Positions 50,483 through 63,096 of a DNA stretch of 64,000 nucleotides are shown here, piece by piece (the stretch's first letter is position 1; each line of letters opens with the position of its first letter). The notes under the pieces were generated by a model, which was not told where the DNA came from, searched no databases, and saw only the letters and a list, made by a program, of their open reading frames with translations. The DNA lies in NCBI GenBank assembly GCA_951406725.2, contig OX597814.1:151590001-151654000 (forward strand), in the 5' to 3' direction. This DNA comes from Octopus vulgaris (Eukaryota). The position numbers and the translations under genes were made by a program.

Positions 50483-50517
50483 CTGAATGAAGCTAGGGAG
50501 ATTAACATATTCACACA
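50483..50517 (-). CDS. SLC38A7: Candidate 35-nt microexon of SLC38A7-like
   Basis: TATTTTGTTCCAG|TGTGTGAATATGTTAATCTCCCTAGCTTCATTCAG|GTGAAA, phase 1 to 0. Confidence 0.5.
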
Positions 50518-51996
50518 CTGGAACAAAATAGTTAATTTGAGTAATAGAGACTAAAGTACAATTACTTGTACGTTGATGGAATTAAGTTAACTGGTTAATA
50601 CCGCATTTACTCCGAAACCATTAAAAAAAAAATCGTCTCTAACAGTTTAACTAAAAATGTTTCAACGTTTCACTGTATGCCGGGTTTATATATTTGGTAC
50701 AAACCGATTTTTACAGCAGTTAATGTTTAAATGATTCCTTCAATACAACAGAAAGCTACTCCCACTTAGTAATAATAATAAATAAAAAAAAAAGCTGTTT
50801 CGATCCTAATGCTTTCAGTTTTTATTTGCTTTTAGCTCGTAAAATAACATTTCCAAAACAGTCTGCCTCTAATATAATTTGTCGAGCTTCCGACAGACAA
50901 AATAAAACGACTGTTTACTGATTTCAAGGCTCAAAACAAGCTTTATTCAGGGAGACTACTTAGGACATTTACCACTGTATAAAAAGAGTCAGAAGAAAAA
51001 ATTTATAGTTATTCTAATTCTGTACTGTTTAATAGGCTAAATCAATTTTTAAAAAGATGCTTATTACGGCTTCTTGCAACTATGCTGTTTCTAACGAAGG
51101 AATGCCAGATACGCTATTTAACACCAGTATCAACACTAATTGACTATTATAGATAAAAAATAAACGTTATCTTATATCTTAAAAAAAAAAAAATACAAAG
51201 TATTTTCTTGTCTATTGTTCTGAAAAAGCCATAAACAACTTTGTTTCGACGTAAAAAAAAAAAAAAAAGGAATAAGAACATTGTCAAAACAATTAGTTAC
51301 AATTAATTTCTGACATAGCTTTTGACATAAATAGACATGTCATTCAGTTTATTTTATCACGATAACATAAATGTCAGAATTTAATTGTAACTAATTGTTC
51401 TTTGTCTGGATTTTAATTAAATGCTTCGAAAAAATGTTAATGACTTTTTAAAGAATACTGCATATTCATAACAATCCCCTGGTGCGATGTTGAGTATGCG
51501 CGCTTCTTTATTTGTTTATTTACCAATTTCTTGCTTTTTCTTTATCTTTTTTTTTTTCATTTTCTTATTGTTTACATGAATAAATTGTATTTGTTTTGTC
51601 ATTAAATTGTTCTGAAACTTTATAGTAATATTCTCAAATAAGCATATATATGGGTCGATAAATTAAGTACCAGTAGCGTACTGGGGCTGACCTAATCGAC
51701 TGGCCCCTTCCCCCAAAATTTCGGGCCTTGTGCATAGAGTAGAAAAGTATATTTCTGTTGAAATACACTGCCTTTATTTATATCAATTAATTTTGAAAAT
51801 CATGAAGAATTTACTAAAATATTATAGCAATTTGCATTACAAAAAAAAGTTAGGTATAAAATAACATTTCCTTTTTACCTATAATAATTATATAGCAACA
51901 GATGTTATTTTAGGCTTTAATTTATGATCTATACGAAGTAAAATAATAAATTAAGTTGATCAGAATTAAGACAAAAATTTGTTCTTATTTTGTTAC

Positions 51997-52096
51997 CTTC
52001 AGGTACACGCACTTCAAATTCTTCGCTATAGTTGATAGACTGTGGTCGCGTTTCCACTTTTGCTTCATCTTGCTGATAAGAATTTTCTTCTTCCAT
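51997..52096 (-). CDS. SLC38A7: SLC38A7-like first coding exon
   Basis: MEEENSYQQDEAKVETRPQSINYSEEFEVRVPE carries the SIN motif seen in the SLC38A7 N-terminus. Acceptor before 52107, donor AAG|GTAACA, phase 1, compatible with the TM1 exon. Confidence 0.7.
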
Positions 52097-54322
52097 TTCA
52101 AAGTTTCCTATTTACAGAAGGAAACCTTAAGAAGTAAGTTGGAAAATGCTATCCGTCTTAAAACGACTTGTAATGATGTACCACAACAGAATCCGAAACG
52201 TCCATGTTGCATAGCATGTGACTTATATCGGTCATGTGACTAATTCAAATTGATCTTTAGCTCGTGATTTAATTATAAACGTTATCAGTAATTTAATTTG
52301 ATAACTCTAATCTATGTTGAAATTACCTTGTAATTAAAGATTATTGTTTTTTAATTAGCCCTGTTGAGCTATAAATATGATAAGTTTATTAATCATTCTT
52401 TTTAAACAAACTTTTCTGATTATTATAAGCTATTTTCCACATTTCTCTTCAAATTAGAATCGTTGAACCTGAGATTCCTTAATGTGGTTGTTATAAAATC
52501 TTACTTGCAATAATCCAGTGGAAAGGAACAGGGGATCTTGTTAAATTGCGTAACTTTAAATGCCTGTAACTTCTTTATTAATTTCTAGGCGGAATGAATG
52601 CGAAGTTCCTCGTCAGCATTCAGAAATACAATTTTTGAAAATAATCTGGTAAAAATTTGAAAAACTTCGAGTGGTTGGAAGAAATTTAACAAGAATCGGA
52701 ACTTGATTTACAAAAGTGAACACTAAAATAAAAAAAAAAAAAAAAAATCAAAAATAGTCATCTTCATACCCGTGGAAACTGACGACACTTTAAATCTTTT
52801 TAAGTCACCCAAATCGGGGCCTGATCGAACAAAACTATGATCAAAAGTAATCCAGTGAAAACAATAGTGTCTTTTATACATAGTGTACTTCAGATTACTG
52901 TTTCCAAAGTGTTGTTTTACATTTATATTTTCTTTTTTGTTTTTAGAATTTTACTTGAGGTGATCGACTCCCTTGTTAGCAACTACACGCAAAAAAGGCT
53001 CCTTCGTTAAATAAATTATTTTTATTTTCATCATTATGAAAATACTTTGTAGTTATGCTGAAAGGCCGAATGCAAGTTTCTTTAGCAATTTTAAAATACT
53101 TTATTTAGCTTACATCTTTAAAGAAATGTTATGTCTGTTTAAAAAGCGGTGAGTAATAATATAATCGGTCTTATTGTCACAAAATTTTTAATGGTTATTT
53201 AGTTATGTTTCTTTACATTACGTGTTCAGATCCTATTGGGTTCGACCCCTTCTGAAGTCTAAAAACAAGCTCTGAATCAATGTAACCTCCATATTTGTGA
53301 TGAAATACCTATTAGAAATCATTATTAAGGCTGGGGGTCAAGGCAGCGAGCTGCCAGAATGACGTAAAGACGGGCAAAATGCTTAACGGGACTTCCTCAG
53401 TTTTTACTTTCGGAGTTCAAATTCCGCCAAGGTCGACTTTGCCTTCCATCCCTTCAGGGTCAATAAACTAAGTACCACTTGAACACTGGAGTCGATGAAA
53501 TCGACTTACCCACTTCCTCGAAATCGCTGGCCTTGTGCCAAAATTTGAAACCTTTATTAAGGTTGGAGTGTAAAAGCGGTGAGGCAGCAGTATCATTGGA
53601 ATGTTAGAAAAATAGTTTTGAGTTCCAGCCCTTTACATTCGGAGTTCAAATCCCGCCGAAGTCAAATTCATCTTTCATCCTTCCGGATCGATGGCATTGA
53701 CTAACATCCTCCTCTTAGAACTGCTCGTCTTGTACTTAAATCAGAAACCAGGAGAACAATATGAAGAATTAAAGAAAGCATTATTATTTACAACGAAAGG
53801 AGGCGATATAATAGATTCGTTAGAGCGTCGGAAGAAAATGTTTTACAGTATTTCATTCGTGTTCTCAGTTAAAATGTCGCCAAAATCAACTTTTCTTTTC
53901 ATCCTTTCGGGATAAGTAAAATAAAGAACCAATCTAGTTCCAATATCGATCCTAACTAAGTTGGTTAGGCGCAACAAAACTGCCGGTTCTGTGACTAAAT
54001 TAGAAATAATTTATTTGCCCGAATGGTTATGGTGTCGGACAAAATGTCTTGCGATATTTGTTCAGGTTCTTTACATTCTAATTTAAAATCACGGCATGAT
54101 CAGTTTTGCCTTTCTTTCATCTGGGATCAAATATAGGGAATTATGGTATCAATCAACTCCATTCCTTCGAAATAAGCGGCCTTATGAAACAGTATAATTT
54201 ACAACGAAGGTTCAGCACGTAACAAAAATAAACTCTTACGCTATTTAGTTGCGTCCCTTTAACTGTTTTTGTTTTTCTCCAGTAAAAGTCAATAATAAGT
54301 TACTGCTCTTTATATGTGTTGA

Positions 54323-54352
54323 CTAGCAGAGGCACCCGGCGTTGCCAAGGAT
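54323..54352 (-). mobile_element. Helitron-like 3' terminus (hairpin then CTAG|T)
   Basis: Minus strand reads ...GGCAACGCCGGGTGCCTCTGCTAG|T. Confidence 0.5.
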
Positions 54353-54519
54353 AATTTTTTTCCCCTCACATATTGGAAGAAAAAAAAAAATGTTGTATAG
54401 AAATTCATTATTCCATATTCAGTTTATTCTTCAATTGGGATACAATTTATTCTTTAATTGGAAATCAACTCTGAATTCATAATACAAAATAATAATAATA
54501 ATAATAATAATAATGATAA

Positions 54520-57180
54520 TAATTCTAAAAAAATTCTACAGAGAAATAGGGAAGGAGAAAGTAACCGTTAAAGACCCCCCTCCCACGGAAGAAGTTCAAA
54601 ACTTTTGGAAGAGGATTTGGAGTGACAAGAAGACGTACAACATAAATGCAGACTGGATTATACAAACTGAAAGATCCTACCAAAATTTACAACAACAAGC
54701 ATGGGAAGACATCACAATAGCAGACCTAAGAAAGGCACTCACGAAGGCCCATAGTTGGAAATCCCTCGGTAAAGATAGGGTGCCGAATTTCTAGCTCGCA
54801 TCGCTCCCATGCGCACACGGTAAGCTAGTTCAGCTGCTCAATGGAATTATGAGAGACCCAAATAAAACACCTGAATGGTTAGCAAGTGGTATTACTTACC
54901 TACTCTCAAAGAATAACGAAACCAACCTTCCAAAAAACTATCGGCCTATAACCTGTCTATCCACCACGTATAAAATCCTAACATCTATTCTGGCGGAGAA
55001 AACATATGCATTCATGGAGAAGAACGATATTTTCCCCATTGAACAAAAAGGGTGCTGCCGAGGCTCATACGGATGCAAAGATCAACTGCTAATTAATCGT
55101 ATGATCCTTGAGAACTGTCACAACAAGCGCAGAAATCTCAGCTCCGCATGGATTGACTATAAAAAGGCCTTCGACAGTATACTGCATCCATGGATCTTGA
55201 GATTGCTGGACATCTTCAAAATTTCCCCTGTGATTTCAAGCTTCCTGAAGCACAAAATGTCGTTGTGGAATACGAATCTCCAATTATACCACTCTAATGG
55301 AGTACTTGCCTCAGAAAATATAAACATCAACTGTGGAATTTTTCAAGGTGACTCACTTTCACCTTTAATATTCTGCATAGCCCTAATACCCCTTACAAGT
55401 GAATTAAACAGAACAGGGTATGGGCATAAAATTGCCAATAAAAAAATAAGCCATCTATTTTATATGGATGACTTAAAACTCTATGGTAAAGACAATAATG
55501 AACTTGAAGGCCTATTGTGCACTGTGAAAGCATTCAGCGATGACATCGGGATGGAGTTTGGACTTGAGAAGTGTGCCAAGGCCACTTTCCAGAAAGGGAA
55601 AGTGAAGACCATAAATTCAGTCGTGTTAGATGTTGACACAGTCATAAGAGAGATTGAGCAAGAACAAACATACAAATATTTAGGGATAAATGAAGGCTCT
55701 GGTATTCAGCATGCAAGCATGAAAGAGAAGATCAGGAAGGAATGTTATTGGAGAGTTCGTGCAGTCCTGAAATCTGAACTAAATGCACGTAACAAGGTGT
55801 TAGCTATAAATTCCTTAGCAGTTCCAGTTGTTACTTATAGCTACAATGTGTTGAACTGGAATATGAGTGAAGTAAAGAATATAGATAGGAAAATACGCAA
55901 GCTGCTGAGTTGTAATAGGATGCACCACCCAAAGGCAGACGTAGATCGCCTTTACCTTCCCAGAGCCCAAGGAGGTCGAGGCCTGATCCAATTTGAACTA
56001 GCTTACAAAACAACCACAATTGGACTGGCCAAATATCTTGAAATAACGAATGACTGGATGCTAAAGCTCGTGGAAAATCACGAGAGACGAAAGAAGCTTC
56101 ATTCTATCATAAAGGAAAGCAAAAAATTTGCTATTGATCTCGTGCAGGATACCCAAACTGAAAAACCCGAGGGAAGTACGGCAACTATTGTTGCAAAGAA
56201 GGTGAAAATAATGGCAACGAAAAAAGCGCACGAGAAATTGGCTGATAGGTGGGAGAAGAAACCTCTGCACGGCAAATATGTGGCCCGCAGCAAACAAGAT
56301 GATGTTGACCAGAAGCAAACCCATCAGTGGCTATGGAGCTCAGGGCTAAAAGCAGAGAGCGAAGGTTTCATCCTGGCTGCTCAAGATCAAAGCCTATTAA
56401 CCCGGAACTACCAGGCCAATGTGATGAAAAATGGAGCAGACCCAAAATGCCGATTCTGCAACGACATGATTGAAACAATGGACCACTTAATCTCTGGATG
56501 TAAAGTCTTAGCACCAGTGGAGTATAAATTAAGACATGACAGAGTTGGCCAATATCTATACTGGCTAATAAGTCGGCATTACAATATCAAAACTGCCGAC
56601 AAGTGGTATAATCACCACCCTGAAGCTGTAAGTGAAGGAGAAAATGTAACGATTCTGTGGGACTTTCCAGTACATACAGACCGAACCATCAAAGCCAATA
56701 AACCAGATATTGTTGTGAAAGACCCAAACAATAAAGTTTGCTTATTGATCGACATGAGCATCCCCTGTGATCATAATATCTCGGCGAAAGAGTTTGACAA
56801 GCTCAGAAAATATAAAGACCTACTCATTGAAAATGAGAAAATGTGGCATCTCAAGGCGGTTACAATACCAGTGATCGTAGGAGCACTAGGAATGATCAAG
56901 AAGGGAACCGAAAATTATATGAGAATGATCCCTGGCTTACCATCCTTGCAAGACGTGCAAAAGATTGTCTTAACTGGTACATCACACGTATTAAGAAGAG
57001 CATTGTCGATGTGAGAACTATTACTATCCATGTATTTTAATTTAACTTAAAAAAAAAAATGAACGAACTATTGAGTTTAGTTTAATGGCCTACCAATGTA
57101 TACTATGAGTTTCTTTGCCCTAGGAGTCGGGAAGACACTCGGCAAGAAATGGAAGTAAATTTGAAAGAAAAAAAAATAAA
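54520..57180 (+). mobile_element. 5'-truncated R4/Dong-clade non-LTR retrotransposon (RT plus restriction-like endonuclease)
   Basis: ORFs 54513-54794 and 54849-57014 are in one frame, split by a single TAG. The 5' junction lies in (TAA)n and the 3' end is A-rich. Confidence 0.9.
54849..57014 (+). CDS. Reverse transcriptase - CCHC - PD-(D/E)xK endonuclease ORF of the R4/Dong element
   Basis: NYRPITCL, WIDYKKAFDS, GIFQGDSLSP, YMDD, CRFC..ETMDHLISGC, RHD, KPDIV..LIDMSIP..K..KY. Confidence 0.93.
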   Translation: MRDPNKTPEWLASGITYLLSKNNETNLPKNYRPITCLSTTYKILTSILAEKTYAFMEKNDIFPIEQKGCCRGSYGCKDQLLINRMILENCHNKRRNLSSAWIDYKKAFDSILHPWILRLLDIFKISPVISSFLKHKMSLWNTNLQLYHSNGVLASENININCGIFQGDSLSPLIFCIALIPLTSELNRTGYGHKIANKKISHLFYMDDLKLYGKDNNELEGLLCTVKAFSDDIGMEFGLEKCAKATFQKGKVKTINSVVLDVDTVIREIEQEQTYKYLGINEGSGIQHASMKEKIRKECYWRVRAVLKSELNARNKVLAINSLAVPVVTYSYNVLNWNMSEVKNIDRKIRKLLSCNRMHHPKADVDRLYLPRAQGGRGLIQFELAYKTTTIGLAKYLEITNDWMLKLVENHERRKKLHSIIKESKKFAIDLVQDTQTEKPEGSTATIVAKKVKIMATKKAHEKLADRWEKKPLHGKYVARSKQDDVDQKQTHQWLWSSGLKAESEGFILAAQDQSLLTRNYQANVMKNGADPKCRFCNDMIETMDHLISGCKVLAPVEYKLRHDRVGQYLYWLISRHYNIKTADKWYNHHPEAVSEGENVTILWDFPVHTDRTIKANKPDIVVKDPNNKVCLLIDMSIPCDHNISAKEFDKLRKYKDLLIENEKMWHLKAVTIPVIVGALGMIKKGTENYMRMIPGLPSLQDVQKIVLTGTSHVLRRALSM

Positions 57181-57738
57181 TGTTCTGATGCAGTACCAGG
57201 CAGTGGCTCTCGTGGCTTCTGATCTTAACTGATTGGAAGTGTTATCATGTACATTGTTTTGTCTTGGTATAAAAGATGGGCTACAGCAAATATTCTGCTC
57301 AGTACCACAGATTTGCTTGTCAGTTGTTTGACCTTAACTAGTTGAGCATGTCTCTTAGTGGCTGACTATATGTGCATCTCTGATCACGAGCAGAAGTAGT
57401 GGGGGAGCATCATAGCCGTGTGTTGAGGGGAATTCTTTGGAGTTTCACCTCTGGAAACACGGGTGTTTCGTTCAATATCCTTAAACAACCCTTATTCGGG
57501 GACCTTTTGAGCAGGATGGGTTACTCGACCAGAAGAAAATTCTAGTTGGGCCTCACCTGCAAGGTCATGTGCTGTTAGTTGATATGAAATCAGCATGTCG
57601 CGCACATATGGTTGTGATGCATGTGCCTGGTGTACCCTTATCAGATGGGTAATCATGATGGGTACACTGGGCTTCATATATTTTACCCCAGTGTCACTTT
57701 GATGGCATGCACTGCTCTTTCACTCAATAATAATAATA

Positions 57739-57787
<49 letters not shown>

Positions 57788-58346
57788 CCAGTTGACCCTG
57801 TCCCTTAGTGGCTGACGATATGTGTATCTCTGATCACAAGCAGAAGTAGTGGCGGAGCATCATAGCCGTGTGTATGGTATAAAAGATGGGCTACAGCAAA
57901 TATTCTGCTCAATACCACAGATTTGCTTGTCAGTTGTTTGACCTTAACCAGTTGACCATGTTCCTTAGTGGCTGACGATATGTATATCTCAAATCAGAAG
58001 CAGATGTAGTGGGGAAGCATTATAGCCATATGCTGAAAGGAATTCTTAGAGGTTTGGATAATTCACCTTTGGAAGCATGGGTGGTTCGTTCAACATCCTT
58101 AGACAATCCTTATTCAGGGACCTTTTGAGTGGGATAGGCTACTCGACCAGAAAATAAATTCTAACTGGGCCCCACTTGCAAGGGCATGCGCTGTTTATCT
58201 TGGTATGTGATCAACATGTCGCGCACATATGATAGTGATGAATATGCCTGGTATATCCTTATCAGACGGGTAGTAATAATGGGTATACTGGGTTTCGTAT
58301 ATTTTACCCCAGTCTCACTTTGATGGCATGCACTGCTCTCTCACTC

Positions 58347-58385
<39 letters not shown>

Positions 58386-58386
58386 T
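57180..58386 (+). repeat. Two tandem copies of a retro-element 3' tail ending in (AAT)n
   Basis: GATGGCATGCACTGCTCT.TCACTC(AAT)n ends at ~57783 and ~58385, with shared internal blocks. Confidence 0.8.
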
Positions 58387-58509
58387 AGCGTCAGCCTTGA
58401 ACAGTGGCTGGACGTGTTCTTCGCTGCTCTGACCATTCAGCAGCCGAAGACACAGAATCACTAATATAACCCAGCAGGAAAACGGTAAAACAAATCCCAA
58501 AGACTGGAA

Positions 58510-59000
58510 TATATACAATTTCCTGTGAGTATCTTAAATCTCCCTCAAAATAATTTAGGAAACTTACATATCTACTGCTTTCGAACACACAAACGATCAG
58601 CTTTAAAAAAAACTTTAAATCTACAATTCCTGTGAATACCTATCGTTTCCTTTCTCCCTGAGTATTCAAAAATGTAAACATCCTTTTTATTCTAAGAACA
58701 CTACAATTTTCTTTGTGCAGACATACAAAAGACCCTATTTACTAAATCTTAAAACTTTAATATCTACAACTTTCTGTGAAAATGTTACCCTCTTTTTTTC
58801 TTTTCTCTCTCCCTGAGTATTCAAAAATGTAAACATCCTTTTCATTGCAAAAACACTACTGTATTCTCCAACTGGACAGACAAACAAACATCTCAAGAGA
58901 ACATAAAAACTTTAATATATTAAATTTTGTGTGAAATTTTATCTTTCTTTTCTCCCTGACTACCCAGATATGTAAACATACCTTTTATTGCAACAACACA
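58510..59000. repeat. Degenerate ~145-155-bp tandem repeat, three or more units
   Basis: CTCCCTGAGTATTCAAAAATGTAAACATCCTTTTT recurs at ~58655, 58809 and (diverged) 58952. Confidence 0.7.
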
Positions 59001-60249
59001 ATTGAATTCAGAAATTCAAAAATTCAATGACGTGAATATCAGTATATATATTATTGTTTTTCTACTGGTAATTACAAATAGAACAGTGTGAATTGCTTCT
59101 TTTCAAGACCAAGGTCAGCGCTCTCATTGGTCGCTAGTAGAAGTAAACACATTTGACCTCTGCTGACCCAAAGGGTGCGAAGATTCTTTTGCCTTCTATT
59201 GCTGACCTTCTCACCATCTGCCGAATCTATTTATAGACCTGTAGAATTTGATCTATTCATCAAGCTGCTACTCTTCACCTAACTATTTCTTTCAACGACC
59301 ACATATTTATGATTATCTCAAGTACAAGACAAAAGTCGAAAATAAAGAACATTTAATAAAACCTTTCAATAATAAATCGAAATAGTAATAATGATAACAA
59401 CATTAGAAGTGGTAGTGATGGAAATAATGATAATGATAAAAATAATAATATGCTGCAGCTGCTAATACTACGACTACTACTACTATTCTAATAGCACAGG
59501 AATCTTAGGCCCAACTAACACTATTACAGCTACCCCATCCCTACTACTGTTGCTGCCACCACTGCTGCTACTATACATAAATACAACAATAAAGGTAGTA
59601 ATTGACAACGGCGATAGAAGACTGAAGAACACTGCCCAGCAAAGAAAGCAAAGACAGCAACAACTAATACAAGAACATCAACAACATAGGAAGTAACTAA
59701 GATCTACCACCCTTTCGGAACCCGTGGTTAGAGAACATAGCCTAGCTAGCGACAAAAAACAACATTGAAAAAAAAAAAAGAAACAATTATCGTGGCTACG
59801 GAAATAAGGAAGAAGGCAACGATCTTAGTTTTCATACGCTGAGCCTGATCACCGAAGAAGATTACAAGTAAGCAATGGACTCTCTAGAAAATCGTTCTGC
59901 ATGACAGAAAGAGTAGTTACATCTCTTTTAAATTACAACTAACATCGCCGAGAAAGGTCAGATCAAATAGTGTAATTTTCTTTGCGGCTGTTCATGTGTG
60001 CAGCGCTGGAAATTGGTGCCATCCCTGCACTGCATAGGCCTGTGTAACCTCTGAGTTAATATAACAATGACAAATAGAAAAAAAAAACCCAATAATATCA
60101 GTGATATCAGTGATGATAATAATAATACTCATAATGAAAGGAAGCGGGTAGAATCTCCCCATGTCCTGATTAATGATGGTGTCACAATAAAAAACAATGG
60201 TAATTGCGCAACTTGATAATGCTACCTCATATAAGTGACAATGAAAAAA

Positions 60250-61490
60250 TAAAATATTGTGAATAACGGTGGTAATGAAACTGGAGCCACTGATGGTGAC
60301 GGTGTTGCACCCGGCAGGCCCAAAGATTCTGGTTCGGCTCCAGTCTGTCGATATTCAGAAAGGGACCACCACACACGGCGTAGATGGAGCAAGCAAATTA
60401 ATACTGTGGTCATGGAATGTTACAACCTGAGCAACCCTGTAGATGAAAATAGTGCTTAGATTAGGGCTTACCGACAACGTATGTATGATCATTGGAGAGA
60501 AAAGGGATTGTTTCAACTCACGGAACAGAGATTATGTGATCAAGCTAGAGCAATAAGAAAAATCGTTGTTTCAAAGAAGTAGAGTTCGAAGCCATCAAAA
60601 GACAGGTATTGGGAAATAGCAGCAGAGATAACAATGAAAATACAGTTCTTACTAATAAGAGTAATCTCATAGCACGGGAATGGAGCAGTGGTTGTTTACT
60701 TGATGAGAGACATAGATGATCCAAAAGAAGACAATAAAGCTAATAGCGACATGACAGATGAACAAAAGACAATCTATGACAGAATAAAGGTAAGACTACA
60801 GGAGAACGATAGCGACATTATTTGCAACCTTAAAAAGGTTGATCGGTGGAAATTGAATCAAGAAACGAAAAATATGAATGAAATTCTGAAAGAAATCAGA
60901 ATAAACAACATCACAGAAATAAATAATTTGATTAAGGCAGCAAGTATTATTGTAGTAGAAAACGTGGGTGTTGATGTCAAGAAAAGAAATATAATGTGAG
61001 TGACAAAAGAAAAGATCCATGGTGGAAAAGAAGAATACAGGCGGGGCTAGATATGCTCTCGAAGGACAATTCTGTGTTAGACCGAAAAGTGAAAGGGGAG
61101 TTTAAAAGCGAACAAAAGTACAGGGCACTGAAAAAGAAGTATAATATTGAAAGAAAGGGCCTGAAAGTAGTAATGGAGGAACTGAAACGGCGCCTCGTTG
61201 CAAAGAAAGCAAAGATGGTAAGATACGACCAAAGAATGAAGGGTTGCTAGCAGAATAGGTTATTCAGATTAGATCAGAAGAGATTCTATGAAGAAATAAA
61301 TGGAAAGTGTACAGATGAAAAGTTGATACCAGATAACAATGAAAGTCAAAGGTTTTGGAGTGACATCTAGAGCAAAGACACGGAGCACAAGAAGGATGCT
61401 GAATGGTTGCAAGAACTGAAACCAACAGTAGTCTGTCTAAAACAGGCTGAACTAGTAATTTCAGTTTAGGAAATGAAGGAAATCAACAAA
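60250..61490 (+). mobile_element. Decayed N-terminal part of a second R4/Dong-like element
   Basis: RRRWSKQINTVVMECY, YRQRM..W, TEQRLCDQARAI, PWWKRRI and KRFYEEI...RFWSDI remnants with stops. Confidence 0.75.
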
Positions 61491-61509
61491 AAAAAAAAAA
61501 AAAAAAAAG

Positions 61510-63095
61510 AGCGAATAACATTTTGGGTCTCTGCTTCACGACCAATATGGACATCGTTCATGATGTGAAAGTGTCGCCGACATTAGTCTCGGATCACGAC
61601 ATAATAGAGCTGTATGTGTTTGGGCCTAAAGTAGCCAGACATACAGCCTAAAGGAAGCACCCGAAATCTCTCTAAACTGAACTTCCACAAAGCAGACAGG
61701 AAATCAATCCAAATAGAGATCCTCAGACAGGACTGGCCGAAATGTCTCTCCACACCAGACATTGGCATGAAACTAGAATATTTCATGTCTGTTATGCAAG
61801 CCATATGCCAGAAATATGTCCCAGAGCACAAGCCAAAACAAATAGGAACAAGATTCCAATGGAGAGGAAGATCCTCATGAGACGACGGACTAAAGTTGTA
61901 AATTGACTCAACCAACACCTCAAAAGTAGCGAAAGGTCCCGCCTAAAAACAACACTGATGGAGATTGAAAAAAGCCTGCAACAATCCTATGTGAAGGAGA
62001 GGGCAGACAAAGAAGCCTAGGTTATAAAAACATTAAGTCAAATCCAAAGGTCTTCTTTCATTATGCGAAAGAAACAGTCTCAGTGCACTACAAAATAGGA
62101 CCCCCTCCTCCAAAAGGATGGCTCCCTCACAGACAGTCCAACTAAGATCAGTGAGATGCTGAATGACCAGTTCAAAAGTGTCTTTACCACCCCGTTGGAA
62201 CACAGACAAGTGAACGAACCAGTGGATTTCTTTGCCGCCTCACCTATAATGAGCGAGGCAGTTACAATGGAATGCATTGACATTAGCGAAGAAGATATAC
62301 TACTAGCCATAGATAAGGTGGACGCAAACTCAACTGCTGGTCCTGATGGTTTCCCAGCAATCCTCCTCAAATCGTGTAAACGGGCCCTGGCAAAACCCCT
62401 CCAGATTCTCTTCCAGAGCTTTCTTGCAAATGGCAGACTGCCAAGCAAGCTGAAGGATGGAATAATATGCTCAACCCATTAAGGAGGAAGCAGAGCAGAT
62501 GCCAAAATCTATAGGCCTATCTCTCTGACTTCACACATCAGCAAAGTCATGGAACGAATAGTCAGAGGGAAACTCATCGTATTCCTTGAAGAAAATAACT
62601 TGTTGAGTGATACCCAGCATGACTTTCGACCAGGTAGGAGCTGCCTGACCCAGCTCTTACAATACAATGACTGGGTGTTGAGGCAGTTACTCAGCAGCTC
62701 TAATGTGGACGTAATATACCTTGATTTTGTAAAAGCATTTGACAATGTGGATCATGGTATGATATGCCACAAACTGCGTGATCTCGCCATGGCTGGAAAA
62801 CTTGGAGAGTGGTTACATGACTTTCTGAAAGACAGAAGTCAGACAGTAGTGGCCAATGGAGCCACCTCAATGAAAACACAAATAGTGAGCAGTGTTCCAC
62901 AGGGCACTATCTTGGGATCACTGCTTTTCATAGAGGCCCTATCAGATATGCTCTCAACTGCCTGGATAGCCAACCTTGCTAGCTACGCAGGCGATACGAA
63001 AGTCTCGCAGAAAATTACCAGTTATTCAATAACTCCAGCGATATTGCACATCTGCAGCAGGAGTTGGGCTCAATTTACAGATGGGCTAAGGATAA
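61510..63095 (+). mobile_element. Decayed CR1/L2-group LINE ORF2 fragment
   Basis: SDHDII, LNDQFKSVFT, AGPDGF, YRPISLTS..SKVMER, FRPGRSCLTQLL, DVIYLDFVKAFD, VPQGTILGS and YAGDTK. Truncated at ~63095. Confidence 0.88.
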
Positions 63096-63096
63096 T

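Noticed and set aside
50400-50500. GERTHFL peptide resembling the SLC38A7 GERARLL sorting motif
   Set aside because: That frame hits TGA before the next donor and cannot be joined in phase with the flanking exons.
50965-51000. TACAG-TG-GTAAAT on the minus strand, an apparent 2-nt exon
   Set aside because: Implausibly short and it would break the frame.
54520-61490. The two R4/Dong pieces as halves of one rearranged element
   Set aside because: Their overlapping region (KKFYREI..FWKRIW vs KRFYEEI..FWSDI) is too divergent and their decay levels differ, so they are separate insertions.
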